DNA of 64,000 nt from a virus, in IMG/VR virus record IMGVR_UViG_3300047318_000369, positions 1-64,000 of that record. One strand, written 5' to 3'. Under the pieces are notes generated by a model. It worked only from the letters and a program-made list of their open reading frames with translations, was not told the DNA's origin and searched no databases. The position numbers were made by a program, and so were the translations under genes. Shown here one piece after another: positions 49,228 to 60,144 of this stretch; the stretch's first letter is position 1; every line of letters begins with the position of its first letter.

Positions 49228-49515
49228 TCAGTCGGAAGTGCCGGCCATGACGCCGTCGTACAGGTCGGCGTAGTGCGCGCGGAAGGTGTTCGCGACCGAC
49301 GTGTCCTCGTCGAAGACGGTGCGGAGCTGGGCAACCAGGGCCGCTTGAGCCTTCGCCTGCTCGTAGAAGTCCATGCCGACCAGGACGACGACCTGCTTGC
49401 CGCGGGACGTGAGCACGGTCGTCTCGTCGAAGTAGCGGGCCCTCTCGATCGCCTCAGCGAGCGAGTTCCGTACCTCGGCGATCGACTTCTGGTGCTCCTT
49501 CTTCGGCGCGGTCAT
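49228..49515 (-). CDS. Phd/YefM-type antitoxin-like protein (orphan)
   Basis: SIAEVRNSLAEAIERA...TVLTSRGKQVVVLV..DFYE. Confidence 0.78.
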   Translation of the reverse strand: MTAPKKEHQKSIAEVRNSLAEAIERARYFDETTVLTSRGKQVVVLVGMDFYEQAKAQAALVAQLRTVFDEDTSVANTFRAHYADLYDGVMAGTSD

Positions 49516-49537
49516 GTCCGGAGTGTACCTCAGGATC

Positions 49538-49577
49538 ATGGTGTACATGAGCGCGTTCAACGCTATGATGTACATGA
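49538..49577. promoter_or_regulatory. putative operator repeats
   Basis: ATGRTGTACATGA at 49538 and 49565, each with a TGTACA palindrome. Confidence 0.5.
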
Positions 49578-49672
49578 ACCCGTGATGCATGGGACGGGAG
49601 TCCTCATGCCCCCGTAGGCGGCGCAACTTTCCCTGCCCTACGACCAATGCGAACTCCCGAGAGAAGAGACAG

Positions 49673-50575
49673 ATGGGTTACGAGCTGCGCCGGCAAATGC
49701 GCGAAGCGCTGGGGCCGGAGATCACTGGTCTTCAGCGTGCTGTCGCGCTGGAGATCGCCGACGACGCGAATGAGCGGACGCGGCGCAGCTGGGTGGCCCT
49801 TGAAGACCTTGCCCGCTGGACCGGCGCCAAGGACGGCAGCGTCGTCCGCAACGCCCTCAAGCGGCTCGCCGCAGCCGGATGGGAGTTCCGCGTGCCGATC
49901 GGAAAGGGGAAAGACGGACGCGCGCTGTACGCCGTACCCGGCACCCGGATGACCTTCTTGGTGCCTCACTTCGAAGGGGGAGCAGGGGCTACCCCTTCCG
50001 TGAATAAGGGAGAGCCAGGGCTACCCCAAGGGGGAGCCGCCGCTACCCCTTCGAAGCCACAAGGGGGAGCAGGGGCTCACTCAGAAGGTGCCACGGCTCC
50101 TTCAGAAGGTGCCGTGGCTCCCCCCTTCTCCTCAGACTCCTCAGACTCAAAGAAGCTAGCTAGCCAGCAGGCCGCCGCGAGTGAACCCGACTACGGCATC
50201 CCGGATGAGGTCCGGCCGCTCATCAACGGCATCGCCGCCGCAGGAGTCAACGTTCGCTGGCCCTTCCGCGGCAACGACTGGTTCCCGCTGATCGCGCTCA
50301 TCCGGAAATCCGGCGCCAGCGCGATGGTCGACGTTGCAATCAAGATCGCCAAGCGCACATCCGTCGACTCGGCCCGCTACTTCCTCCCCGCCTGGACGGA
50401 CCTGGCGCCGCTGCCCCCCGCCGACTTCCCCCGGCCAGTCCTGCATGCCGTACCCGACGAGCACCTGTCCACAGCAGACCAGCGTGTCGCTGTCGGCCAG
50501 GCCCTCGCCGCCAAGTTCCGCGAGGAAGAACGCCTCGCCCTAGAAGCCGGCCACGCCAATCAGGAGCCCGCATGA
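49673..50575 (+). CDS. putative replication initiator (N-terminal winged helix)
   Basis: ALEIADDANE..R.SW..LEDLARWTG; internal iteron-like repeats; upstream of helicase genes. Confidence 0.7.
   Translation: MGYELRRQMREALGPEITGLQRAVALEIADDANERTRRSWVALEDLARWTGAKDGSVVRNALKRLAAAGWEFRVPIGKGKDGRALYAVPGTRMTFLVPHFEGGAGATPSVNKGEPGLPQGGAAATPSKPQGGAGAHSEGATAPSEGAVAPPFSSDSSDSKKLASQQAAASEPDYGIPDEVRPLINGIAAAGVNVRWPFRGNDWFPLIALIRKSGASAMVDVAIKIAKRTSVDSARYFLPAWTDLAPLPPADFPRPVLHAVPDEHLSTADQRVAVGQALAAKFREEERLALEAGHANQEPA
49974..50121. repeat. iteron-like repeats (candidate origin)
   Basis: AAGGGRGAGC-N4-GCTACCCC-type units at 49974, 50006, 50028 and a partial unit at 50061; TCAGAAGGTGCCRYGGCTCC at 50081 and 50102. 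Confidence 0.7.
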
Positions 50576-50814
50576 CCCTCGCCGAAACCGCCGACCTGCT
50601 GTCGATCGCAGCCGCAGTCGATAAGCGCACGCTCGGCGAATCCGACGTCCGCGCCTGGCAGATGGTCCTCGACGACATCCCCCTTGACGCCGCGAAGGAA
50701 GCCCTCCGCGCCCACTACCGCGAGACCACGAAGCACGTCATGCCGGCCGACATCGTCCGCCGCGTGAAGCCCAAGTCCGGTTACGAGTCCAACGTCGAGA
50801 AGGGGATCTTCTAA
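50572..50814 (+). CDS. helicase loader/inhibitor-like protein (G39P-like)
   Basis: DKRT...AW...L.D...A...HY....MPADI; between initiator and helicase. Confidence 0.6.
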   Translation: MTLAETADLLSIAAAVDKRTLGESDVRAWQMVLDDIPLDAAKEALRAHYRETTKHVMPADIVRRVKPKSGYESNVEKGIF

Positions 50815-52137
50815 GTGCCCGACGATCTCGACTCCGACTTCGGCGTCCCGTTCGAACGTGTCCCGCCGCACGACGCTTACGCCGAACAGGCAGCGCTCGG
50901 CGCCTGCATGCTTTCGCCGGCCGCCTGCGCCGAAGTCCTTGCCGCCGTCGCGCCGGAAGCGTTCTACCGGCCGCAGCACGTCACGATCTACCACGCGGTC
51001 GCCAACCTGTTCCTGGCCGGCGAGCCAGTCGATCAGATCACCCTGGCGAAATACCTCGGCGACTGCGGGGACCTCACCCGGATCGGCGGCCCCGCCTACC
51101 TGTCCGAGCTGGTGCGGGCCGTACCAACCGCAGCGAACGGCGAGTACTACGCCGACATCGTTCAGGACCGCGGCCTGCGCAGGTCCGTGATCGAACTCGG
51201 TGCGCGTCTCGTACAGATGGGCTACAGCCCTGACGGCGAGACCGCCGAGATCATCGAACGCGCCGTGACGATGTCCCGCGAACTCCGTGACCGCAGCGGC
51301 GAGGACGACGACCTTCCGGCCGAGGACATCCTCGACTTCGTCCAGCACGAGGACACCTACGACTGGATCGTGCCCGGGCTGCTGGAGCGCATGGATCGCA
51401 TGATCCTTACGGCGGGCGAGGGTGGCGGGAAAAGTGTTTTGCTTCGGCAGATCGCCGTCACGCTCGCCGCGGGCATCCACCCGTTCGAGACGTGGAAGAC
51501 GATCGACCCGATCAGGGTGCTGGCTCTCGACTGTGAGAACGGTGAGGCCGCGTCCCGCCGCAAGTTTCGGCCGCTGCTCGACGCCGCCGCCAGCCTTGAG
51601 CGCCCCGTCGGCCGCGGCCAGTTCCACATCCGCTGCCGGCCCGAAGGCCTCGACCTCACGCGCCCGCAGGACCGGTCGTGGGTGATGCGCCGTGTCGAGG
51701 ACTTCAAGCCCGACCTGCTGATCGTCGGCCCGATCTACCGCCTGCACGCCGGCGACCCCAACTCGGAAGAGCTCGCCCGCAAGGTGTCCGTCGTCCTCGA
51801 CGAAGCCCGCGCCACCGCGGGCTGCGCCGTGTTCATGGAGGCCCACAGCCCGCACCACAACGGCTTCGGGCAGCACCGCACCCTGCGCCCCGTCGGCTCC
51901 TCGCTGTGGATGCGCTGGCCCGAGTTCGGCTTCGGGCTGCGGCCCGTCGAGGACGCGAAGTCCGCCGAAGACGGCGACGGCGCCCGCGGCCGGCGCTTCC
52001 TGCCCTGGCGCGGCATGCGCGACGAGCGCAACTGGCCGCAATTCATCAAGCAGGGCGAGAAGTGGCCCTGGATGTCCTACCGCCCCGTCGACACCAACGA
52101 ATTCACGGGCCACTCCGAGACAGGAGCCATCTGGTGA
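50815..52137 (+). CDS. DnaB-like helicase (DnaB N-terminus plus RecA-type ATPase)
   Basis: PPHDAYAEQAALGACML, FYRPQH, GGPAYL; Walker A AGEGGGKS. Confidence 0.88.
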   Translation: MPDDLDSDFGVPFERVPPHDAYAEQAALGACMLSPAACAEVLAAVAPEAFYRPQHVTIYHAVANLFLAGEPVDQITLAKYLGDCGDLTRIGGPAYLSELVRAVPTAANGEYYADIVQDRGLRRSVIELGARLVQMGYSPDGETAEIIERAVTMSRELRDRSGEDDDLPAEDILDFVQHEDTYDWIVPGLLERMDRMILTAGEGGGKSVLLRQIAVTLAAGIHPFETWKTIDPIRVLALDCENGEAASRRKFRPLLDAAASLERPVGRGQFHIRCRPEGLDLTRPQDRSWVMRRVEDFKPDLLIVGPIYRLHAGDPNSEELARKVSVVLDEARATAGCAVFMEAHSPHHNGFGQHRTLRPVGSSLWMRWPEFGFGLRPVEDAKSAEDGDGARGRRFLPWRGMRDERNWPQFIKQGEKWPWMSYRPVDTNEFTGHSETGAIW

Positions 52138-54292
52138 CCGACTTTCCGCCCTACAGCGACACCTGCGAGGAATGCCTCGCCGCCACCCGCACCGTCGTGC
52201 GACCCGCCATGGCACTGCCGGACGGTGACGGCGGGCTCATAGCCGCCTACCGCTGCCCGGCCTGCGGCCACACCTGGACCTGCTCCTGGGGGCTCCAGGC
52301 CGGCCCCCGCCCACCGGAAGTGCCCGCGGACCCGGTCGGCCTGGAAGACCTCGTCGCGCAGCTCCACATCCGACTGGCCACCCAACCGCCGCGCACCGCC
52401 TGAGAGGGATGCCATGACCGACACGATCATCACCTGGCCCGCCCACACGCTGGAGCCGATCCCCGTCCCGCTGCCACGTCTCGGCTTGTGCGGCCCGTGC
52501 GGGCAGGAGGTCCGCCTCCGCAACAACGGCCTGCTGTACGCGCACCCCTGCTACGACGACACCCAGCGCATGCCCACCGCGGTCCTGCGGCCGACGTTCG
52601 CCCGCTGGCTGCACGCCCAGTCGAAGCGCCGCGACGACTACACGAACCGGCTGACGCTGCTCGCCGGCCGCCTCTTCCGGGGCTGCACCCGGGCGCGCAA
52701 GTTGGACCCGGGCGACATGGAGTGGGCGACCGCCGAGGAGCTGCACGGCCACATGCACCTCGTGCAGCTGGCCCGGACTGGCAGCGATCTGCGCAGTCCT
52801 CAGGCGGGGGAGCGATGCGACTCGATGTGCCGGGACATCGTCGAAGCTGACGCCGTCTACCAGCAGTTGATTGCCGACGCCGGTGACTCGATCGACGTCG
52901 CAGCCGGCCCGATCGTCCGCGTCCGCTACCACCCGACCGGCTGGGTGATGCGCGACTACACCGACCTGGAGTCGTGCACCAGCAACCACTTCCGCGCCCA
53001 GGACGGCCGCCCGGCCTGCACCACCCGAGCCGTGTGGAAGGTCGTCGAGGACCACGGCATGCACCTGACCCTCAGCTTCTGGTGCGACGCCGACCTGCCC
53101 GAGCAGCACAAGGCGCAGCAAGGGGTGGCCGCATGACCGACCAGCCCACCGTGGCCATGAGCCCCGACGAACTCGCCATCGAACTCTTCACCACCAGCCA
53201 AGTCGTCACCGGCCGAGGCGAAGCCGAACGCCTGCTGAGGCAGGTCAAGAACCGGCACGCGCACGAACTCGCCGAGCAGCAGCGGACCGATGCCGCGCTC
53301 CGCGGCACCGAAGGCGAGACCGAACTCGCCGAGTACGGCCGCGAACTGGCCGACCTCATCGACCCGGAGGCCGCCCGATGACCCCCGCCACCCCCGCCCC
53401 GCACCGCGACAGCACCGCCGCCTGACCACCCACCGAAGGAGAAATCCGCATGGCCGAGACCGAGACCACACCCCGCCTCGCTACAGCCCTCACCGTCTGG
53501 CAGGCGTGGTGGGAGGACCGCGACATGTGGGACGGCAACGAGATGTACCTCGACTTCGACACCGCCAAGACTCATGCCGCGTTCAGCTACGAGGCCGACG
53601 AATACCCCGAGCCCGAGGACCGCGACGAGACCGTCCGGCCCGACTTCTCGTGGGAGTTCGGCTACGGCCAGTGGATGCTCCTCGACCACGGCAAAGACAC
53701 CCTCGTCCGCGTCTCCCGCCGAACCGTGTACCGCCCGGCAACCGAGCGGGAGGTTCAGCAGCAGGACGCGCTGATGGCTGCCGAGCGTGACGCCCGGGTC
53801 GCCTACCCGCACCTGCCGACACGCGAGGCGATGGCGGCCATGCAGCCGACAAGGCGGCTTGCTGATGCCTGACCGCGCAACCCGCACCCCGCCTCCCCGC
53901 CGCCAGTCGACGCGCAAGTACTTGACGCCCGCAGCCGAGCGGATCATCGCCGACTGCCACCCCGGCCAGGTGCTGGCTGCCGTCATCGAGCGGGCGGTGC
54001 GCCTGATGGCGGTGCGGGACGGGCTGCTGACGCCGAAGACGGGCAAACCGCGGGCGAAGGGCGGCGCTTGATGGCCGGCCGCGCGTGGCTGCGTCACCCC
54101 CCGTTGACGGTCGGCCGCCCCGCGCGGTGCCCGATAGCCCTGCCGCGGTTCGCGTCGGTGGGGGTGGCGTCGCAGGCGGAGATCACGTCGGCGTTCGCGT
54201 CGGGGTGGCGGCGGGACGTGGTGGCGTGCGGGCGTTGCGGTGGCGCGCACATCGTGCCGGTGGCCGTCGAAGCCCCGTCCGCGCCGCCGTAG
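52134..54292 (+). other. small hypothetical genes (52134-52403, 52414-53136, 53133-53381, 53450-53872, 53865-54071, 54071-54292)
   Basis: Coupled ORFs, several with CxxC motifs. Confidence 0.55.
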
Positions 54293-54426
54293 CGGGGTCA
54301 GGAGCGCCGCGCAGGCCGTCGAGGCCCCCCGCGTCCTCCCGGACGCTCCTGGCGGCTCCTAGGGCCGCCTGCTGGCTTCCAGTCCCGATCTGAAACCCCG
54401 ATCAACTCACCGACAGGAGAGGCCCA

Positions 54427-54723
54427 ATGACCACAAACCCGAGCATCACCACCGACCGAGTCCTGCAGGAAGTCCTCGCCGAACGCATCCAGCAGGACGG
54501 CAAGTGGGGCGAGCAGAACGGCCACGACTTCGAGTGGGTGTCGATCCTGACCGAGGAGGTCGGCGAGTCGGCCCAGGCGGCGAACGAGGCGAACTTCAAG
54601 TCCGGCAAGACGCGCGGCGACTTCAGTCACCTGCGCGCCGAACTCGTGCAGGTCGCCGCCGTGGCCGTGGCGTGGATCGAAGCCATCGACCGTCGTACCG
54701 CCCGCACGACCGAGGCCGCCTGA
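54427..54723 (+). CDS. MazG-like nucleotide pyrophosphohydrolase
   Basis: ER..QD.KWG.Q, ILTEEVGE, AELVQVAAVAVAWIE. Confidence 0.72.
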   Translation: MTTNPSITTDRVLQEVLAERIQQDGKWGEQNGHDFEWVSILTEEVGESAQAANEANFKSGKTRGDFSHLRAELVQVAAVAVAWIEAIDRRTARTTEAA

Positions 54724-55815
54724 TGGCCCGCCACATCCGCGCCGCCGACGTCGACGCCGTCCTCGCCTACAACGGCTACGAGCCCTCCGAGTACGACCCC
54801 GGCACGCAGACGTGGGATCCCGGCTACCGCACCGCCCAGGAAGGCCGGCGGCAGGTCAACGTCTTCCACGACGGGCCCGGCGAGACGGACGGCCTGGAGC
54901 GGTACCGGCTGGAGTTGCAAGCCGCCGGATTCTGCGTGATCCCCGACCAGCAGCCCGGCGGGGGTCGGCGACGGCTGCACGTCAGCAAGCCGTGAGCCGA
55001 GCCCGCCCCCGCAGCCCACACCACCCCGCCCCACCCACCCGACAGAACGGAAACACGGACAAATGACCGCCGCTCCCGAGCCCACCATCCAACCCACCCG
55101 CTACGTCATCTCCTGCCTGCCCGAAGGCCACGACGAGCGGTTCACGTACACCGTGCAGGTCGAGTACCGGTGCGACGACCTGTGGGCCGTGCGCTGCCGC
55201 AGCCGATTCCTCGGCGCCGACGGCACCTGGTCGCACGGCTTCGCCTGGAGCGAGGGCCCCGACGAGCCCGCCACCGAGGCCGAGATGGACAGCTTCGACA
55301 CGGAGCAGGCCGTCTGGCTGGCCGCGCACCGCTTCGACCACGACACGGCACTACGGCTGGCCAGGGAGCAGGCGCCGCTGCTCGTGTACTGCGGACGCAC
55401 CGTTGCCGACGCCCTCGCCGCCACCCCCGTCTGAGCCTGTTCCCGTCGCACCCCAACCCGCCCAACCAGCCGGAAGGAACCACCCACCATGACCAGCACG
55501 CCCGCTCCCGACACGTCGCTCGCCGCCGCAGTCTCCGAAGGCCTCGCCCACGCCGCCCACCTCGTCGGCCGCTTCGGCTGGCACCCGCCCGGCCCGAACG
55601 ACAGCCACCTCAACATCGGCACCACGCTGAACCTGGCCGCCTGCAAGACCGCCCCACTGCATGGCCAGCCGGTGCACGACGTGCAGGCGGTCATGGCCCA
55701 CAGGCTCAGCCGCCATCTCGGCTGCGGCCTTGTCGAGTGGGAGGACAGCGACGGCCTGAACGTGGCCCGCGTGGTTGAGGCGCTCCGGGATGCCAGCCGG
55801 AAAGCCCCCGCCTGA
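54723..55815 (+). other. hypothetical genes (54723-54995, 55063-55434, 55489-55815)
   Basis: RBS-bearing ORFs with protein-like composition. Confidence 0.55.
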
Positions 55816-55876
55816 CCCACACCCCGCCCCAACCGTCGTCTTCCCGGCGGCGGCCGGCCCCACCCGAAGGAGCAGC

Positions 55877-57574
55877 ATGACCACCGACCCGCAGACCGCC
55901 CGCTTCCGCCACCGCACCGCCGAAGTCGAAGCCGTCCAGTGGACCGGCAGCAACGCCGACCAGTTGCGGGCCTTCTGTGGCCGCGACTTCGACGGCATGG
56001 ACCCGATGGAGCCCGGCGACTGGGTGGTGAAAGCCGACGAGGACTTCCTCGTGTTCAGCCCGGTCGACTTCGCCACGTACTACGAGCCCGCCCCCGCCGT
56101 GGCCGCACCCGCAGAGACCGCACTACGCGACCGGATCGCCGCGCTCGCGGAAGACCTCCGGTACGTCCTCGACTACCGGGGCCCCCGCCACGCCCACGAA
56201 CGCCCCGGCGTGTGGGACACCTCCGGTAAGCCGTGCGAGCACTGCGCCCGGCTTGCTGTCGTGCGGAAGAATTTGGACGCCTACGACGCGGACCCGGATG
56301 CGGTCCTGGCCGCGCTGCCCACCGCCGACCGGCCCGCCGGGGAGGCGTACCGTCTCGCCGTCTCGGCTGCGCTCCGTCTCGGTACGGGGGCGACCTGGGA
56401 GGCGATCCGCGACCGGGCCGAAGATTTGGCGGCCGAGGTCGAGGGGCTCACCGAGGCGAGCCGTCGACTCCTGGAGCAGCGGCAGGAGATGGCTGCCGAG
56501 CGGTTCGCGTGGCAGGAGCGTGGCGATCGGGCGGAGGCTCGCGTCCGGCAGTTGGAGGCCGCCGCGTCCGTCGACCGCGCCCGCATCCTCAACGAAGCCG
56601 CTGACCATCTGGCCCGCCAGGCGGCTGACGCGTCGCCAAGCGCGCGGGACGTGATCCTCGCGGACGCCGACGAGTTGCGTCGCATGGCCGTCGAGGCGCA
56701 GCAGCAGACCGGTTCGGGCTCGCTTGAACTTCCTGGCCTGAAGTTCAAGGAAAACGCCGAAAGCTTGAATGGGGCCATCGAGACGCCGGACTGCCCCGAC
56801 CCGATCGAGTGCGGGCACGAAGCCGCACTCGGACAGGCCCGCGCCACCAACCGCCGTCTCAACCTGCGTGCCCAGGGCCTGGAGTCCGAACTCGCCGCCT
56901 ACCGTCGCGCGGTCGGCCAGTGGGAAGTCGGCAAGCGCGGGACCTACGTGCCGCTGCGCACGATCGCCGCCATCGCGAAGGCGGCAGGCCGGGACATCGA
57001 GACCCCGCAGTGGCTGCTGCACTACCAGCGCGTCGAGCAGGCCGAAGCGGCAATCGAGCGAGTGCGTCGACTGCATGACTCACTGGAGCAGGAGACCGAC
57101 CTGAGCGAGCCCGACGACCTGATCACCAAGGGGTCGGCCGCCCGCCGGATCGCGACCGCGCTCGACGGACCGAACCCTGCCGGGCTCCCGTCCTGCGACG
57201 TCGAGTTCGAGGGCGGCGGCCACTGCGCGAAGCCTGCCGGGCATCGGCCGCCGGGCAGCGACGACCCGCACGCGCCCGCCGTTGTCCCGGCCGGGGCTGG
57301 CGAGGAACCGGCAGACGAGACGCGCGAGGCCGAGGGCGAGTGCACCGAGAGCGTCGTCTACGAGGTTGTCGGTGACTGGGGTGTCGACGGCGCGGACAGC
57401 GCCGAGGGTGCGCGCGCGGCCGTGGCCAAGTGGCTGCGCGCCTACCCGAAGTGCGGGGCGTATGCGCAGCAGCGGATCGTCCGCATGTGGGACGACGGGT
57501 CGGAGTTCTACGGCCCGTGGACCGACTTGCCGGAGCCCACCGACGCCGTGTCCCAGCCCGGCAAGGAGCACTGA
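55877..57574 (+). CDS. large mosaic hypothetical protein
   Basis: AAGGAG RBS; VEAVQWTGSN N-terminal module; coiled coils. Confidence 0.7.
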   Translation: MTTDPQTARFRHRTAEVEAVQWTGSNADQLRAFCGRDFDGMDPMEPGDWVVKADEDFLVFSPVDFATYYEPAPAVAAPAETALRDRIAALAEDLRYVLDYRGPRHAHERPGVWDTSGKPCEHCARLAVVRKNLDAYDADPDAVLAALPTADRPAGEAYRLAVSAALRLGTGATWEAIRDRAEDLAAEVEGLTEASRRLLEQRQEMAAERFAWQERGDRAEARVRQLEAAASVDRARILNEAADHLARQAADASPSARDVILADADELRRMAVEAQQQTGSGSLELPGLKFKENAESLNGAIETPDCPDPIECGHEAALGQARATNRRLNLRAQGLESELAAYRRAVGQWEVGKRGTYVPLRTIAAIAKAAGRDIETPQWLLHYQRVEQAEAAIERVRRLHDSLEQETDLSEPDDLITKGSAARRIATALDGPNPAGLPSCDVEFEGGGHCAKPAGHRPPGSDDPHAPAVVPAGAGEEPADETREAEGECTESVVYEVVGDWGVDGADSAEGARAAVAKWLRAYPKCGAYAQQRIVRMWDDGSEFYGPWTDLPEPTDAVSQPGKEH

Positions 57575-57575
57575 C

Positions 57576-58632
57576 ATGGCCACCGGACTGCCCGACCACT
57601 TCGTCGACTACCTGATCAAGCGGGACGCCCAACGAGCCGACCGTGTCCGCGACTTCCTCGACAGCCTCACCAGCTACGAGCGCGGCCTCGTCCACGACGT
57701 CGCCGTCATGGGCTACGTCCAAGGCCTCATGCGCGACCGCAGCGAGGGCGTACCGAAGGACTCGCAGATCATGGCCCTGGTCATCGACGCCTGCTTCGCA
57801 CACGACGACATGTACCCGACCGTCAACGGCGAGTTCGACAAGCGCGACAGCGTCGTCGAGTACTTCGTCCAGTGCCAGCAGCCCGACGGTTCGTGGGCGC
57901 AGTGCAGCAGCAACTCGCCAGCCGCCGACTACATCGTCCAGCAGCGGGACGCGCACCGCCGTAAGCATCCCGAGTTCGCCTACCGGCTCGCCCGCCGCAC
58001 TACTCGCTTCGTCGTTGAGGCCGAGCGCACCCCGGAGTCGGAGTGACCACCCCGCAGCTCGTCGCCGAGGCTCTCGCCACGATCCCTGTCCTGCTGCGTG
58101 CGGGTGCGATCTGGCTGCTCCTGCTGTGCGGGGTAGCAGGGCTGGCCGTGTACGCGGCCGGTGTTGTGGCGTGGTGCGGCTGCCGGTGGGTGTGGCGGGC
58201 CGTTCGCGGTATCTGGGCGCCCGCTGGGGGGCCTGAGGGGGGCTCGGGGCTCCCGGGCGACCTCCGGGCGGCTCCTGAGCCCGCAGAGACGCTCTCAGGG
58301 CGTCCAGGGCCGAGCTGGGCGCGCTGCGACACCGATGACCAACCCGAGATTGAGGAAGCCGCATGACCGACATCCCGCCCGCCATCCTGGCCTTCGCCGA
58401 AGGCAAGAACGCCGAAATCGAACGCCATCACCTCGCAGCCCGCATCGGCGACTACCAGGGCACGCGCGTCCAGAACGTGCGCGACATCCTCGATGGCTGG
58501 GCGCCGACCGAAGGAACCCCGCTCCACGCCCTCTGGACCCAAATCCACACCGCCATCACTCAGTACCAGACCGAGATCAACAACATCCGGCAGGAAGCAG
58601 ACCGCGACATCCCCGGCATCGAGGCGCCATGA
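57576..58632 (+). other. hypothetical genes (57576-58046, 58043-58366, 58363-58632)
   Basis: Coupled ORFs. Confidence 0.55.
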
Positions 58633-58958
58633 CCGACACCCGCCGCGACGCCGTCTCCCTGATCGTCGCCAACAACATCACCGCCGCCCGACGACGCCTC
58701 GGATGGCGACTCGCAGACGTCTCCGACCGCACCGAGAAAGCCGGAAAACGCGTCGGCGTCAGCACCCTCTCCCGCATCGAGAACGGCCGCGACGGACACC
58801 GCACCGTCGTCATCTCCGTCGACGACCTCGCAGCCCTCGCCGCCGCATTCGAGACCAGCCCCGAAGACCTGCTCACCGAACGGACACCGAACTGCGCCGC
58901 CTGCATGGACGCCCCGCCACCCGGGTTCGCATGCCGAACCTGCGGAGCCGAAGCGTGA
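58629..58958 (+). CDS. XRE HTH protein with C-terminal Zn ribbon
   Basis: RRRLGWRLADVS...STLSRIENGR; CAACMDAPPPGFACRTCG. Confidence 0.8.
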   Translation: MTDTRRDAVSLIVANNITAARRRLGWRLADVSDRTEKAGKRVGVSTLSRIENGRDGHRTVVISVDDLAALAAAFETSPEDLLTERTPNCAACMDAPPPGFACRTCGAEA

Positions 58959-59185
58959 GCGCCGAAGACGACCTCCGCGCCCAGGTTCGCGCCGAGCTCG
59001 GGAAGGCCAACCTCAGCCAGGCCGAAGCCTGTTACCGGCTCTGCTGCTCCACCAAGCACATGAACCAGATGCTCCAAGGCCACGCGCCGCTGAGCCTCAG
59101 CTGGGCCGAACGCATCCTCGCCCTCTGCGGCAAACGTCTTGTCATCACCGTCCGACGGGCGCCGAGGGAAGCCCCCGATGCGTGA
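58955..59185 (+). CDS. small XRE-like HTH protein
   Basis: LSQAEACYRLCCSTKHMNQMLQG. Confidence 0.6.
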   Translation: MSAEDDLRAQVRAELGKANLSQAEACYRLCCSTKHMNQMLQGHAPLSLSWAERILALCGKRLVITVRRAPREAPDA

Positions 59186-59638
59186 GCCGCCCCCGGACTG
59201 CGAGCCCCTCTGGCACGACGACGACCGGGACCTCGCCCCCGTCGACCCCCGCCTCCACGACCTACGCGGACAAGGACGCCACGGCGAACCGCTCACCGAA
59301 GACGAGCTCCGCGCCATCACCGACATCACGATCAGCCGACAGGAGTACCTGTGACCAGCGCCAGCGACGAACTCCGAGCCGCAGCAACCCGGTTGCGTGA
59401 GCGTGCCCAACGAGCCGGACAGGGGATCGGCACCGTGATCCGCAAAGGCACCCGCGACCTCTTCGGAAACGTGCGCCCCGACCCGGCAGCCATGGACCCC
59501 CACGTCGGCACACTCCTCGCCGACGTCTTCGAAGCATGGGCGCGCATCGGCGAACTCGACCCCGACCTCCTCAACCGCGTCGGCGGACCCGAGACACTCG
59601 CCATCGCCCGCGCCATCAACACCGGAGGCCAGCCGTGA
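59178..59638 (+). other. hypothetical genes (59178-59354, 59351-59638)
   Basis: Coupled ORFs. Confidence 0.5.
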
Positions 59639-60144
59639 CCGTCACCAGCAGCCCGGCCGGCGAACACGCCAACTCGGGCCAGTTCCGGTCTTCAGCAACG
59701 CCTGAAGAGAGATTTCGTAACCTGACCAACAAGACCGACACTTGCTGGCTGTGGACCGGGCGTCCGACCCCTCAGGGCTACGGCAGTTTCCAAATCGCCG
59801 GTAAGTACATACCGCCGCACCGGTGGGCCTACGAGCACTTCATTGGACCTATACCTGATGGATTGCAGATAGACCACGTGTGCCACAGCGAGGACTCAAC
59901 ATGCCCAGGCGGCAACGTTTGCAGCCATCGGCGGTGTGTGAATCCCGCGCACCTCGAAGCCGTCACCGCTGCGGAAAACTCGCGAAGGGCGCGGTCGGCG
60001 AACCGTGACAAGACGCACTGCCCACGTGGACACGAGTACTCGTCGGCAAACACATACGTCAATCCGCGCACGCGTAGGCGGTTCTGCCGAACCTGCAAGC
60101 AAATACGCGGAAGGAAGGCGAAGGTGGCAGGCCGTGAAATCTGA
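59635..60144 (+). CDS. HNH endonuclease
   Basis: CWLWTG..GYG..HRWAY..IDHVC..CVNPAHLEAVT..EN; KTHCPRGHEY..CRTC. Confidence 0.88.
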   Translation: MTVTSSPAGEHANSGQFRSSATPEERFRNLTNKTDTCWLWTGRPTPQGYGSFQIAGKYIPPHRWAYEHFIGPIPDGLQIDHVCHSEDSTCPGGNVCSHRRCVNPAHLEAVTAAENSRRARSANRDKTHCPRGHEYSSANTYVNPRTRRRFCRTCKQIRGRKAKVAGREI

